Shown: positions 52,834 to 61,148, counted from the first letter of the stretch. The stretch is 64,000 nucleotides of DNA from PVC group bacterium (GCA_024231215.1 JAAEQR010000142.1:100593-164592); one strand, 5' to 3'. Program-made: numbers and translations. Notes: a model not told the origin generated them from the sequence alone.

Positions 52834-53331
52834 ATGGATATTAAAATAAGAAAATTCAAAAAGCAAGACCAGGAACAAGTATACACACTAATCACATCAG
52901 TCCTCAAAAAAGAATTTGACCTGGATAAGGAAACATATCCTGAATTCGATCTGGGGGACATCTCAGATTCTTACGGCGGTAAAAAAGATATCTTTCTAGT
53001 CGCGGTACTCGGCAACAGCGTAATCGGCACAATCGCCGTAAAAGAAGATGATAAAAACACCGCGTTATTACGCCGTATCAGTGTTTCTCCGGAATTCCGG
53101 GGCATCGGCTTAGGGAAACAGTTAATCATCAAAGCTATTGAGTTCTGCCAGCAAGAGCAATACAGACTGGTCCATTTCCGGTCTACGGAGAAAATGGAAG
53201 CTGCAAACAGCCTTTGCCAGAAAAACGGCTTTAAAGTCCGGGCTTCTATGGATTTGGGAGACACTACGATACTGAAGCTCACACGCAGACTGCGTACAGG
53301 ACAACAACGACGCACATCTGCCGGCAAATGA
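52834..53331 (+). CDS. GNAT-family N-acetyltransferase
   Basis: 165 aa; acetyl-CoA motif RRISVSPEFRGIGLGKQLI. Confidence 0.8.
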   Translation: MDIKIRKFKKQDQEQVYTLITSVLKKEFDLDKETYPEFDLGDISDSYGGKKDIFLVAVLGNSVIGTIAVKEDDKNTALLRRISVSPEFRGIGLGKQLIIKAIEFCQQEQYRLVHFRSTEKMEAANSLCQKNGFKVRASMDLGDTTILKLTRRLRTGQQRRTSAGK

Positions 53332-53334
53332 AAC

Positions 53335-53877
53335 ATGAAAAAAATCTCTGAAAAGAGTTTATACCAGGGAACCTGGATAAATCTCAAGAAATCGAAGTTT
53401 ATTAGCGATAGGGGAGAGGAAGTCCTCTGGGAATACGTCGAAAGGGTCAATGTAAAGCAAGTCGTGATCATTGTACCTAAATTGGTTCCTTCTAATCGCT
53501 ATATCCTAATCCGGCAGTTCCGCCATGCACTTAACACCCATGTTATTGGCTTACCAGCCGGCTTAATCCACGATGAGGAGGTCTCAAAGGCCGCTCTCCG
53601 GGAACTTAAAGAAGAAACCGGCTATACCGGTACAATTAAAGAAATAAGCCCATTATTAGCCTTAAATTCAGCTTTATCTAATATCAGGGTTCAGTTTGTT
53701 ACCGCAGAAATAGATGAAAATGACCCTGAAAATAAAAACCCGATCCAGAAGCTTGAACCGGAAGAACAGATTGAAGTATTCCTGGTTCAGGATACTAAAG
53801 CAAAAGACTTCATAATAGAGCATAAAGAAAAAGGTGATGATGTCGGAGCCTCGTTGTGGGCAATATTTGGAATATAA
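53335..53877 (+). CDS. NUDIX hydrolase
   Basis: 180 aa; Nudix box G.....EE....ALRELKEETGY. Confidence 0.8.
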   Translation: MKKISEKSLYQGTWINLKKSKFISDRGEEVLWEYVERVNVKQVVIIVPKLVPSNRYILIRQFRHALNTHVIGLPAGLIHDEEVSKAALRELKEETGYTGTIKEISPLLALNSALSNIRVQFVTAEIDENDPENKNPIQKLEPEEQIEVFLVQDTKAKDFIIEHKEKGDDVGASLWAIFGI

Positions 53878-53893
53878 CATGAAAGGAAATACT

Positions 53894-54610
53894 ATGAGGA
53901 AAATAATAATTGCTTGTTTATTGTCGTTGTGTCTTGTCTCAATTGGATATGCTCAGGATACCACTCCAGAGCCTACGACTACAGTTCAAACTTTTAAGGC
54001 AGGGGGGACGCCAATCGCGATTCCGCCGCCAACTCCGGAAATGACCGAGGTTGGGTACGATACTCGTGAGCTCATGGAGATTTTTGTACCACAGAATAAC
54101 CGTCTCATTGCCGCATTCGTACTGACCGAAGATCTTCCTCGGCTCGCAGCCGGAGATGAAAATCTTATAATGTCCCTGTACTCGATGGTTCAAGTTCCTC
54201 GCCGTGGTGAAGCTATGGATTGTGCCGCAAGTGATTTTTCAGAAGTAACCGCCGGTGCAAAGGAGCAGTTCGGAGATATCATGAACTCCTCAATGAAAGA
54301 AGCCGAGGATGAATTCAACCGCCGCATGAAAGCACTTGATCTGGAAGATGCCACAATGAGCATGAAAGATCCGGTGCAAATCGGCTGCCTATTCTCAAAA
54401 CCAGACTCCTATTGTTTTGGGATGATCATGGAGAACACAATAGGTGGAATAACTACAAAGATGACCATGGGCTGCATGCTCCTTCGCGTAAGAAATAGAA
54501 TGATTTTCGTCTATCTCTATAAAGAATACGAAAACGAGGAAACTGTCACTTGGCTTCGTAAAAATACAGAAGCCTGGTCAGACGCTATTCTAGCCGCAAA
54601 TAAGGAGTAG
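53894..54610 (+). CDS. secreted hypothetical protein
   Basis: The ORF opens at 53834, but the likely start is the ATG at 53894 (MRKIIIACLLSLCLVSIGYAQ signal peptide) behind AAGGAAA; no recognisable domain. Confidence 0.5.
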   Translation: MRKIIIACLLSLCLVSIGYAQDTTPEPTTTVQTFKAGGTPIAIPPPTPEMTEVGYDTRELMEIFVPQNNRLIAAFVLTEDLPRLAAGDENLIMSLYSMVQVPRRGEAMDCAASDFSEVTAGAKEQFGDIMNSSMKEAEDEFNRRMKALDLEDATMSMKDPVQIGCLFSKPDSYCFGMIMENTIGGITTKMTMGCMLLRVRNRMIFVYLYKEYENEETVTWLRKNTEAWSDAILAANKE

Positions 54611-54708
54611 CTTGACGGGCAGTTAGAAATGTAGTAATCTATTCTTTATTAGTGTAAGTACTTTATTGACACGGAGTACCTTAAATGAAGAAAATAAGAT
54701 TAAACTTA

Positions 54709-54748
54709 AAAGGCAATCCTTAAAAAAACAGGGGATTGCCTTTTTTGC
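54709..54748 (+). terminator. rho-independent terminator
   Basis: AAAGGCAATCC-loop-GGATTGCCTTTTTTGCTTT hairpin plus T-run, about 100 nt after the stop. Confidence 0.55.
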
Positions 54749-54782
54749 TTTGTGAGAGATTAATAAAAGGTTTTAGGTAGGT

Positions 54783-54807
54783 GTAGGGACAGGTCTTAGG
54801 CCTGTCC
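54783..54807 (+). repeat. REP element (GTAGGGACAGGTCTTAGGCCTGTCC)
   Basis: GTAG head plus 7-bp GGACAGG/CCTGTCC palindrome; near-identical copies at 58317 and 58626. Confidence 0.6.
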
Positions 54808-54873
54808 TGGATAAAATATAATAACTATGGATTACGTATATTAATTGTTATGTCAAAATAAGGATTTAATATT

Positions 54874-55554
54874 ATGGGGAAATTTTTACCATTATCTTTT
54901 ACGCAACTTGTGGCAGGGATATTTTCTTTTTGTTCTATAATTGCATTCTTTTTATCTTTAAAAACATCAATTCGGGCTCACTCTCTTCGTTTATTTTCAA
55001 TTTCACTCATTAGCGCGCTATCATTATTTTGCAATCATGTGTCGGTCTATTTTGCAAGTGTATTTATAATTGCCACAGCAATAACGGAAACTGAATTTTT
55101 ACAAAATTTAGCAGCAATAATTAGCGATAGCAAAGAATATTTTCATTATAAACAAGCTAAAGAAGGGAAAACTTCTTTAGACAAAATATCCAGCACTGAA
55201 GGAACAATAAAAATTACTAAAAAAGAGACAATTTCTCTTGTAAGAGATCCCATAGAATACAAAATCTTAAACACATTATTTACAAAACAAGTAAATAAAT
55301 TCCCAACATTTTCGCCATTGTTTACCTTTATTATTTCAAGAAACTCTTTTGAGTATCCCAAATTTCGTGAAATGGGTAGTAAATTATATGGCGAAGGATT
55401 AATTGGAGAAACAGAAAATGGACATTATTGTTTAACACAAACTGGATGGGAATGGTGTAAAAAACATTATGACGATTTTAAGTCTTCTCCACAATGGTGG
55501 TCAGAAGAACCAATTATAGTGGAAAATTTAAAAAAAGTATTAGAACAAAAATGA
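54874..55554 (+). CDS. hypothetical membrane protein (2-3 N-terminal TM helices; C-terminal soluble domain with winged-helix-like ...GEGLIGETENGHYCLTQTGWEW)
   Basis: 226-aa ORF in a visibly AT-richer stretch; no known domain recognised. Confidence 0.5.
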   Translation: MGKFLPLSFTQLVAGIFSFCSIIAFFLSLKTSIRAHSLRLFSISLISALSLFCNHVSVYFASVFIIATAITETEFLQNLAAIISDSKEYFHYKQAKEGKTSLDKISSTEGTIKITKKETISLVRDPIEYKILNTLFTKQVNKFPTFSPLFTFIISRNSFEYPKFREMGSKLYGEGLIGETENGHYCLTQTGWEWCKKHYDDFKSSPQWWSEEPIIVENLKKVLEQK

Positions 55555-55577
55555 TAATTGTTAAAGGAAAATAAAAA

Positions 55578-55997
55578 ATGGAAATATTATTTAAAATTGC
55601 AATAACAATAGTTGCTTCTTTTTTAATATATTATCAAATTGTTTTTGTTAAATATATTTGGACGAGCCATATTGATGTTAAGGCAACCTTATTTCAATTT
55701 GTAAAACAAGCTACTCCAAGAACGGATACCATTGCCATAAGAGATCCTAGCAAGATATATCAAAATGGTGAACAGGTCGGAAGTATCATTGGCGCACCTA
55801 AAATAGAAGAAAATATTATTGTATTTGAAAAAATTAGCGAAACAAAAAATCTTAAAAGAGAACAATTTTTTGAATACAAAAGAGATAAATACAAAATAAT
55901 AAAAATTGAAAAAAGTGCTGTTTTAGATATTTCATCAAGTTCTGGGCAATTAAACCATACCTTAACTAATGTTACTTGTGAAAAGATTAACCCATAA
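55578..55997 (+). CDS. hypothetical N-terminally anchored protein
   Basis: 139 aa; one TM helix; AT-rich; no domain recognised. Confidence 0.45.
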   Translation: MEILFKIAITIVASFLIYYQIVFVKYIWTSHIDVKATLFQFVKQATPRTDTIAIRDPSKIYQNGEQVGSIIGAPKIEENIIVFEKISETKNLKREQFFEYKRDKYKIIKIEKSAVLDISSSSGQLNHTLTNVTCEKINP

Positions 55998-56139
55998 CAA
56001 ATCACTTCAGCTAACCCCGCCAAATTTATCCCGAAGCAGGCGAGAGGAACAGCGTGATTTCGCTTCAATTTGCCGGCCCGGCAAAACCGGATATATCGTG
56101 GTTAGTGGGGTTGATCAATTAATGCAAATAATCCCTTAG

Positions 56140-56168
56140 TTGACTTTTTTACAAATAATCTTTATAAT
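56140..56168 (+). promoter_or_regulatory. near-consensus sigma70 promoter (TTGACT-17-TATAAT)
   Basis: Hexamers at 56140-56145 and 56163-56168 with a 17-nt spacer, 10 nt before the ATG at 56178. Confidence 0.55.
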
Positions 56169-56177
56169 TTAATAATC

Positions 56178-57095
56178 ATGGGTGAGATTAAAAAAGAAGA
56201 AAAAAGTATATTAGATTTAGTTGTAGAGGAAACTACTGCAAAACCTAAGCTTAATTGGCAAGAATTTTTGGAGAAATACCCTCCTGGATCTGAATATAGT
56301 ATTATCGGTTGGGCTGACTCCATACTTGTTAGAAATCAATACCGCGGTATTGTAGCTCCCACAATAACTAGATATTGCCCTCAATGCAAGGGGAATCGTT
56401 TCTTTCATTGCAACGACAATACGTCCATTCAGTTTCTTGCGTTTCAAGGTGGCGAACAATTCTTTTTTCTAAAATATATATGTAGGAATTGTGGAGAAAT
56501 TTATATAGACATGGCCTTATTTATTAGAACTATAAATAATACCCCAAAAGGAGACGCAATAGTTCAAAAGTTAGGAGAACTGCCAGTTTTTGGGCCACAC
56601 TCGCCGGCTCAGCTAATCACACTCGTTGGTAAAGATCGAGATCTTTATTTGACTGGTAGGAGAGCAGAAAGTCAAGGGATGGGAATCGGCGCGTATTCTT
56701 ACTATCGACGTATTGTTGAAAATCAAAAAAATGCAATCATTGATAAAATAATTAAAGTATCGCAAAGCCAGCATTCTTCGCAGGAGTTCATCGATAGTTT
56801 AAAAGAAGCAAAAAAAGAAACACGATTCACAACAGCAATCGAAAAAATTAAAGATGGAATTCCAGAATCACTTAAAATGTATGGACACAACCCTCTAACA
56901 ATTTTACATAAGACGTTGAGTGAGGGGTTACATGCTGGAAGTGATAACGAGTGCCTAGAATTGGCAAAAGACATTCGAAATGTATTAACAGAGTTAGCCG
57001 AAAGATGTGCAACTATTTTAAAAGACAATGAAAAATTAAAAAGGTCTATTGGGAAACTTTTTAAACTACCTGAGCAGCCAAAAAATAAAGAATGA
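56178..57095 (+). CDS. hypothetical zinc-ribbon + alpha-helical protein
   Basis: 305 aa; CPQCKG...x26...CRNCGE four-Cys ribbon; C-terminal helical region (...LTILHKTLSEGLHAGSDNECLELAKDIRNVL...) faintly reminiscent of DUF4145-type domains (weak, from memory). Confidence 0.55.
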   Translation: MGEIKKEEKSILDLVVEETTAKPKLNWQEFLEKYPPGSEYSIIGWADSILVRNQYRGIVAPTITRYCPQCKGNRFFHCNDNTSIQFLAFQGGEQFFFLKYICRNCGEIYIDMALFIRTINNTPKGDAIVQKLGELPVFGPHSPAQLITLVGKDRDLYLTGRRAESQGMGIGAYSYYRRIVENQKNAIIDKIIKVSQSQHSSQEFIDSLKEAKKETRFTTAIEKIKDGIPESLKMYGHNPLTILHKTLSEGLHAGSDNECLELAKDIRNVLTELAERCATILKDNEKLKRSIGKLFKLPEQPKNKE

Positions 57096-57520
57096 ATACC
57101 TTTATAGCGCATAATAGCGAATACCTATCCGGCCTAGCTTCATTAATAGCAATCACCACAGCAGTCTTTGCCATACCATCATTTATCATAAAAAAAATTC
57201 TTTATTGTCGGGAGCAGGGTAGACTCTTAAAATATAAAACTATGATTTTCAACATCAACACTCTTGCTGCGGTCAAAACCTTTAAGTTTGTTGATAAAGA
57301 AAAAACTGATTTAACGATCAGAGAGATAGTATCTCTTACTAATAACAAAGAATTGTTCGAAAAATTATATAAGGATCGACCAACAGCTTGGAACGACATC
57401 CTGGAAATTCAAAAAATAAATAACGAGATAATTTTTTATAAGGCAGCTATTCTTACACCTTTAGCTGTACTTGTAATCATGGCACTTAAATTTATAGCGG
57501 TAACCCAATTAAAGCTGTAA
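57092..57520 (+). CDS. small 2-TM membrane protein, translationally coupled to the zinc-ribbon protein
   Basis: 142 aa; ATGA overlap with the upstream stop; TM helices at the N-terminus (LASLIAITTAVFAIPSFII) and C-terminus (ILTPLAVLVIMALKFIAV). Confidence 0.5.
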   Translation: MNTFIAHNSEYLSGLASLIAITTAVFAIPSFIIKKILYCREQGRLLKYKTMIFNINTLAAVKTFKFVDKEKTDLTIREIVSLTNNKELFEKLYKDRPTAWNDILEIQKINNEIIFYKAAILTPLAVLVIMALKFIAVTQLKL

Positions 57521-57667
57521 AACAAATTCCAGTTATATCTCAGGGGGAGCTCTTGACAAAAGCATAGAATACCTGTATGTATACAAATCTATGATTGGAA
57601 CAGAAAACAACAAGATCAGACCCTGAAAACGAAAAACTAATAAAACATCTGACAAATAAATAATACC

Positions 57668-57691
57668 GGGCGGACAGCCATCCGCCCCTAC
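57668..57691 (-). repeat. REP element (minus strand reads GTAGGGGCGGATGGCTGTCCGCCC)
   Basis: GGGCGGA/TCCGCCC stem followed by CTAC; same family as 3455-3482, with an internal GGACAGCC resembling the second REP family. Confidence 0.5.
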
Positions 57692-57738
57692 AATATTACC
57701 AATAAATTACGTATCACAAACCAAGAAAGAAGAATATT

Positions 57739-58311
57739 ATGAAAGTTATTGGAATTAATGGAAGTCCTCGGAAAGACGGGAATACGCAGAAACTTATTGA
57801 GAAGGTATTTGAAGCTCTCAAAACTGAAGGGATTGAAACTGAACTTATCCAGGTTGGCGGTAAAAACATCAAAGGATGTATAGCTTGCTATAGATGCGCT
57901 GAGAATAAAGATAAACGATGTGCAGTTACCAACGATATTTGTAATGAAGTCCTAGAAAAAATGCTCGAAGCTGATGCTATTATCTTGGGTTCACCGACAT
58001 ATTTTACTAGTGTCACAGCTGAGCTCAAAGCCCTTATTGACCGATCGGGGATAGTTGCAGTTGTTAATGGAGGGCTTTTCCGTCACAAAATAGGTGCTGC
58101 GGTTGTTGCGGTCAGAAGGGGAGGGGGGATTCATTGCTTTGATACCATAAATCACCTCTTCCAAATGAGCCAGATGTTTGTGGTCGGATCAACATATTGG
58201 AACCTTGGTTTTGGGCGCAATCCAGGCGAGATAACCAACGATGCTGAAGGCCTTAAAAACATGGCTGATCTCGGGAAATCTATGGCTTTTTTACTAAAGA
58301 AAATTCAATAA
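57739..58311 (+). CDS. iron-sulfur flavoprotein-like NADPH-dependent FMN reductase (Isf family)
   Basis: 190 aa; flavodoxin-like fold (MKVIGINGSPRKDGNT...ILGSPTYF) with the compact Cys motif C-x2-C-x2-C-x6-C (GCIACYRCAENKDKRC). Confidence 0.75.
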   Translation: MKVIGINGSPRKDGNTQKLIEKVFEALKTEGIETELIQVGGKNIKGCIACYRCAENKDKRCAVTNDICNEVLEKMLEADAIILGSPTYFTSVTAELKALIDRSGIVAVVNGGLFRHKIGAAVVAVRRGGGIHCFDTINHLFQMSQMFVVGSTYWNLGFGRNPGEITNDAEGLKNMADLGKSMAFLLKKIQ

Positions 58312-58316
58312 ACTAT

Positions 58317-58341
58317 GTAGGGACAGGCCTAAGGCCTGTCC
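58317..58341 (+). repeat. REP element (GTAGGGACAGGCCTAAGGCCTGTCC), 12 nt upstream of the RAYT start
   Basis: Read directly; perfect inverted copy at 58626-58650. Confidence 0.65.
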
Positions 58342-58352
58342 GAGACGCGACA

Positions 58353-58919
58353 ATGACAAAAAAAATAACCCGTAAAACACATAATCGTTTAAATGGATAC
58401 GATTATTCGCAACCAAATTATTATTACATCACTACCTGCACAGAAAACCACAAAGACTGGTTTGGGGTAATTAATAACAATCAAATGATTTTAAATTCAT
58501 TTGGCCTTATCTGCCGGGAACACCTCCAAAAACTACCTGATCATTATAAAAATATCGAAATCGACAAATTCATAATAATGCCCAATCATGTCCATGCAAT
58601 TATAACCATTAATTATCAGGGTAACGGACAGGCCTTAGGCCTGTCCCTACATAATGACAATAATATTGATATTGCCAAAAATGAACCATTATCTAAAACC
58701 ATCCGTGATTTCAAATCATTCTCATCCCGGGAAATCAACAAAACAATAAATAACGGGAACAAATTCAAATGGCAAAGATCTTTCCATGACCATATAATTA
58801 GAAACGAAACGTCATTAAACAAAATCCGTGAATACATAGCAACCAATCCGGCAACGTGGTATACGGATGAATATACTATCGAAAAAATGGAGATTACAAA
58901 GAAAATCCACACAAAATAG
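58353..58919 (+). CDS. REP-associated tyrosine transposase (RAYT; IS200-like HuH-Y1 transposase)
   Basis: 188 aa; HuH motif MPNHVHAII; C-terminal KWQRSFHDHIIRNE...IREYIATNP with the catalytic Tyr, matching the E. coli TnpA_REP layout (..PEHMHCIW.. / ..IWQPRFWEHAIRN...YIYINP) from memory; flanked by and containing REPs. Confidence 0.75.
   Translation: MTKKITRKTHNRLNGYDYSQPNYYYITTCTENHKDWFGVINNNQMILNSFGLICREHLQKLPDHYKNIEIDKFIIMPNHVHAIITINYQGNGQALGLSLHNDNNIDIAKNEPLSKTIRDFKSFSSREINKTINNGNKFKWQRSFHDHIIRNETSLNKIREYIATNPATWYTDEYTIEKMEITKKIHTK
58626..58650 (-). repeat. REP element inside the RAYT coding sequence (in-frame, encodes ...GQALGLS...)
   Basis: Exact reverse complement of 58317-58341 (the perfect match extends to 29 nt). 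Confidence 0.65.
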
Positions 58920-59449
58920 ACACAATTCCCCTATTTCATAATTTAAAAATCGGCAGGGGAGAGGCTAATTATTTAGCAAATAAATACCCTGAATTCATGT
59001 GATAATTATCAGGTACAGACGAGCAAAAGGCCCCTAAGCATTCACGGGTTCATACGCATAGACCCGCATGCCAATAAACTACAAAATTCTGCCTATAAAG
59101 ATCAAAATCAAAAAAGTTTTAGCCTTAGAAAGCGAATTTAGGGAAAAGAATTATAGATAATTACCCGGATAAACAAAGCGAGATTTAACCCTAAATAACC
59201 AGACCCTAAAAAGAGATATTCATAATATAGGCATTTCTGAGCTTCCGTCGGAAACACCATATGATTAAGTTAACATAAGATATATTATAGGAAGTTGTAT
59301 TATGGTGGAAAATAAGGGGTTTAATGCCTGCTTTTATGGGATTGTGTTGATTTCGTGGTGTTGATTTTTCTCAACACATTTCTGTTGCCTCATATTTCTT
59401 TTGCGCATATTTTTTGTGTTTTTAAAAATAGTTATTAAGCTCAAAATAC

Positions 59450-59785
59450 CTACATATCAAAATGCAACTGCTTATGTGCTAGTTCAGCTGATTTTGTTTT
59501 AAGAGCCTTAGGAGCTTTTTTAGCCACGGATACCAGATGATTTACCGGCTCCAACTTCACAGCCTTAAATGGCTTCTGAGACTCTTTTCCTGCGACATGC
59601 CCACGACCATCTAAATACTCCAAAAGCGTCTTTCTAATAAACACTGACGGCTCTAAATGACTTCCATGAGCTGCCACTTGAACGCTTAGCCATTGCTCAT
59701 GCGTAAGCCTCACATTAATAGTTTTAGTATATTTAATTTGCTTCTTAGGTCTGCCCCTGGTAGGTTTCTTCTGAACGTGATTCAC
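59450..59785 (-). CDS. ribbon-helix-helix mobilisation-type protein (MobC/relaxosome accessory-like), orphan
   Basis: 111 aa; GTG start behind a strong AAGGAGGT RBS; RGRPKK...INVRLTHEQWLSVQVAAHGSHLEPSVFIRKTLLEYL resembles MobC-type RHH proteins of mobilisable elements; composition looks GC-richer than the neighbours. Confidence 0.5.
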   Translation of the reverse strand: MNHVQKKPTRGRPKKQIKYTKTINVRLTHEQWLSVQVAAHGSHLEPSVFIRKTLLEYLDGRGHVAGKESQKPFKAVKLEPVNHLVSVAKKAPKALKTKSAELAHKQLHFDM

Positions 59786-60036
59786 CTTTTACCTCCTTGC
59801 AAAATTGAAATCCATCGCCATCCTGGCTTATTGATAATAAATGTATTATACTATAAAACTATTTTCAAGGCAACAAAAAACCACAATAAAATACAGAAAA
59901 TACCCGTTTCAATATCTTTTAAGTTTATGTCTATAATTATAGTTTTATAGCGTTTTGGAAATTGTATATTGTTCCCCACTTTTGACTTGAAAATAAAATG
60001 TGGTAGATTTGGTTAACTTTGGAAGATTATTTATTA

Positions 60037-61050
60037 TTATATTGCCTGTAAAATTAATTCTTCATTTGGTGAGAATACCTCTTCCAAAACATTAAGAATA
60101 TCCAAAAACTTTAAAATAGCCATCTCATTATAAATAATGTTATTTCCCTTAAAATATGCATTCAGATCGTGAGCTAATACAATATGAACTTTCAAGAAAG
60201 CATTTTTCAACCTATCAAGGTTATCACTGCTATCAGAAATATAAATAGGTTCCATTTCTTTACAAACTGCATCTACTATGTTATCCATGGAAGTTCCCTG
60301 TAATTTACTCTTATACGAAGGATATGCCGACATTATGACTTCCCGGCTAAGCACTTTCATTAAAAAATTATTACTTTTTAAAATACTGCCTGGCTGGCTA
60401 TATGCAATATCTTTATATCTGTCTTCAAAATCTTTCTGTATTTGCTTTTCTATAATATGAACACAAAATAAATCAGATAAAGCACTAAGATAATCTGAAA
60501 CTGCTATATTCTTTACCTGCCAAGTTACTAAGAAACCTTGTTTATTGATAATAATCCTCAAGACAGCCCAAATAAGATAATATTCCTGCTCTTTGGTGTC
60601 CATATCTTGCGATATGTTTATTTGATACATTTTGCCATTTTTCTGCAATAAAGGTATTACCTCTTTGCTTTCGTTTAACATGATATCGTGATTAATCCTG
60701 TATTTTTGTTTAAGAATACTTAGCCGAGACTGATTATCAGAACAATTGGTATATTTTTCAATAAATCCCATTCTGGTCATCGGCAGAACTCTCTGCAGAT
60801 CAGAATCGGTTAGCTGTCTATTATCTGCATCTAAAATACTTTGTGAATTTAATTTTTGTAAAAAACTATCCTTGATTTCTACAATTGATATATGAACCCG
60901 CGGAGACAATAAACTCTGGATAGAACTGTGCCTTGAAGCAGCAAAAGACGTAGTCTCCCCTGCCCAAGCTATCTGTCCTAAAAGAATAGTATTTAGCAGT
61001 ATTACAACTATGCTTTTATTTATATTATGCTTTGGGTTAAATTTAACCAT
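60037..61050 (-). CDS. secreted hypothetical protein
   Basis: 337 aa; N-terminal signal-like IVVILLNTILLGQIAWAG; AT-rich; no domain recognised. Confidence 0.5.
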   Translation of the reverse strand: MVKFNPKHNINKSIVVILLNTILLGQIAWAGETTSFAASRHSSIQSLLSPRVHISIVEIKDSFLQKLNSQSILDADNRQLTDSDLQRVLPMTRMGFIEKYTNCSDNQSRLSILKQKYRINHDIMLNESKEVIPLLQKNGKMYQINISQDMDTKEQEYYLIWAVLRIIINKQGFLVTWQVKNIAVSDYLSALSDLFCVHIIEKQIQKDFEDRYKDIAYSQPGSILKSNNFLMKVLSREVIMSAYPSYKSKLQGTSMDNIVDAVCKEMEPIYISDSSDNLDRLKNAFLKVHIVLAHDLNAYFKGNNIIYNEMAILKFLDILNVLEEVFSPNEELILQAI

Positions 61051-61148
61051 ATGATATTCACCGTAACTTATTTATTGACTAATAGTAAAGTCCGGCAAGT
61101 ATACCATACAACCACTGACCTGTCAAGGCAGCTAAGTATAAGTAATTA

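Noticed and set aside
52971-53471. 166-aa minus-strand ORF over the GNAT/NUDIX genes
   Set aside because: Antisense shadow ORF. The plus-strand genes carry clear GNAT and Nudix-box motifs.
59693-59950. 85-aa plus-strand ORF overlapping the MobC-like gene start region
   Set aside because: It overlaps the better-supported minus-strand gene and its RBS. The translation is Ile/Leu-rich with no signal or motif.
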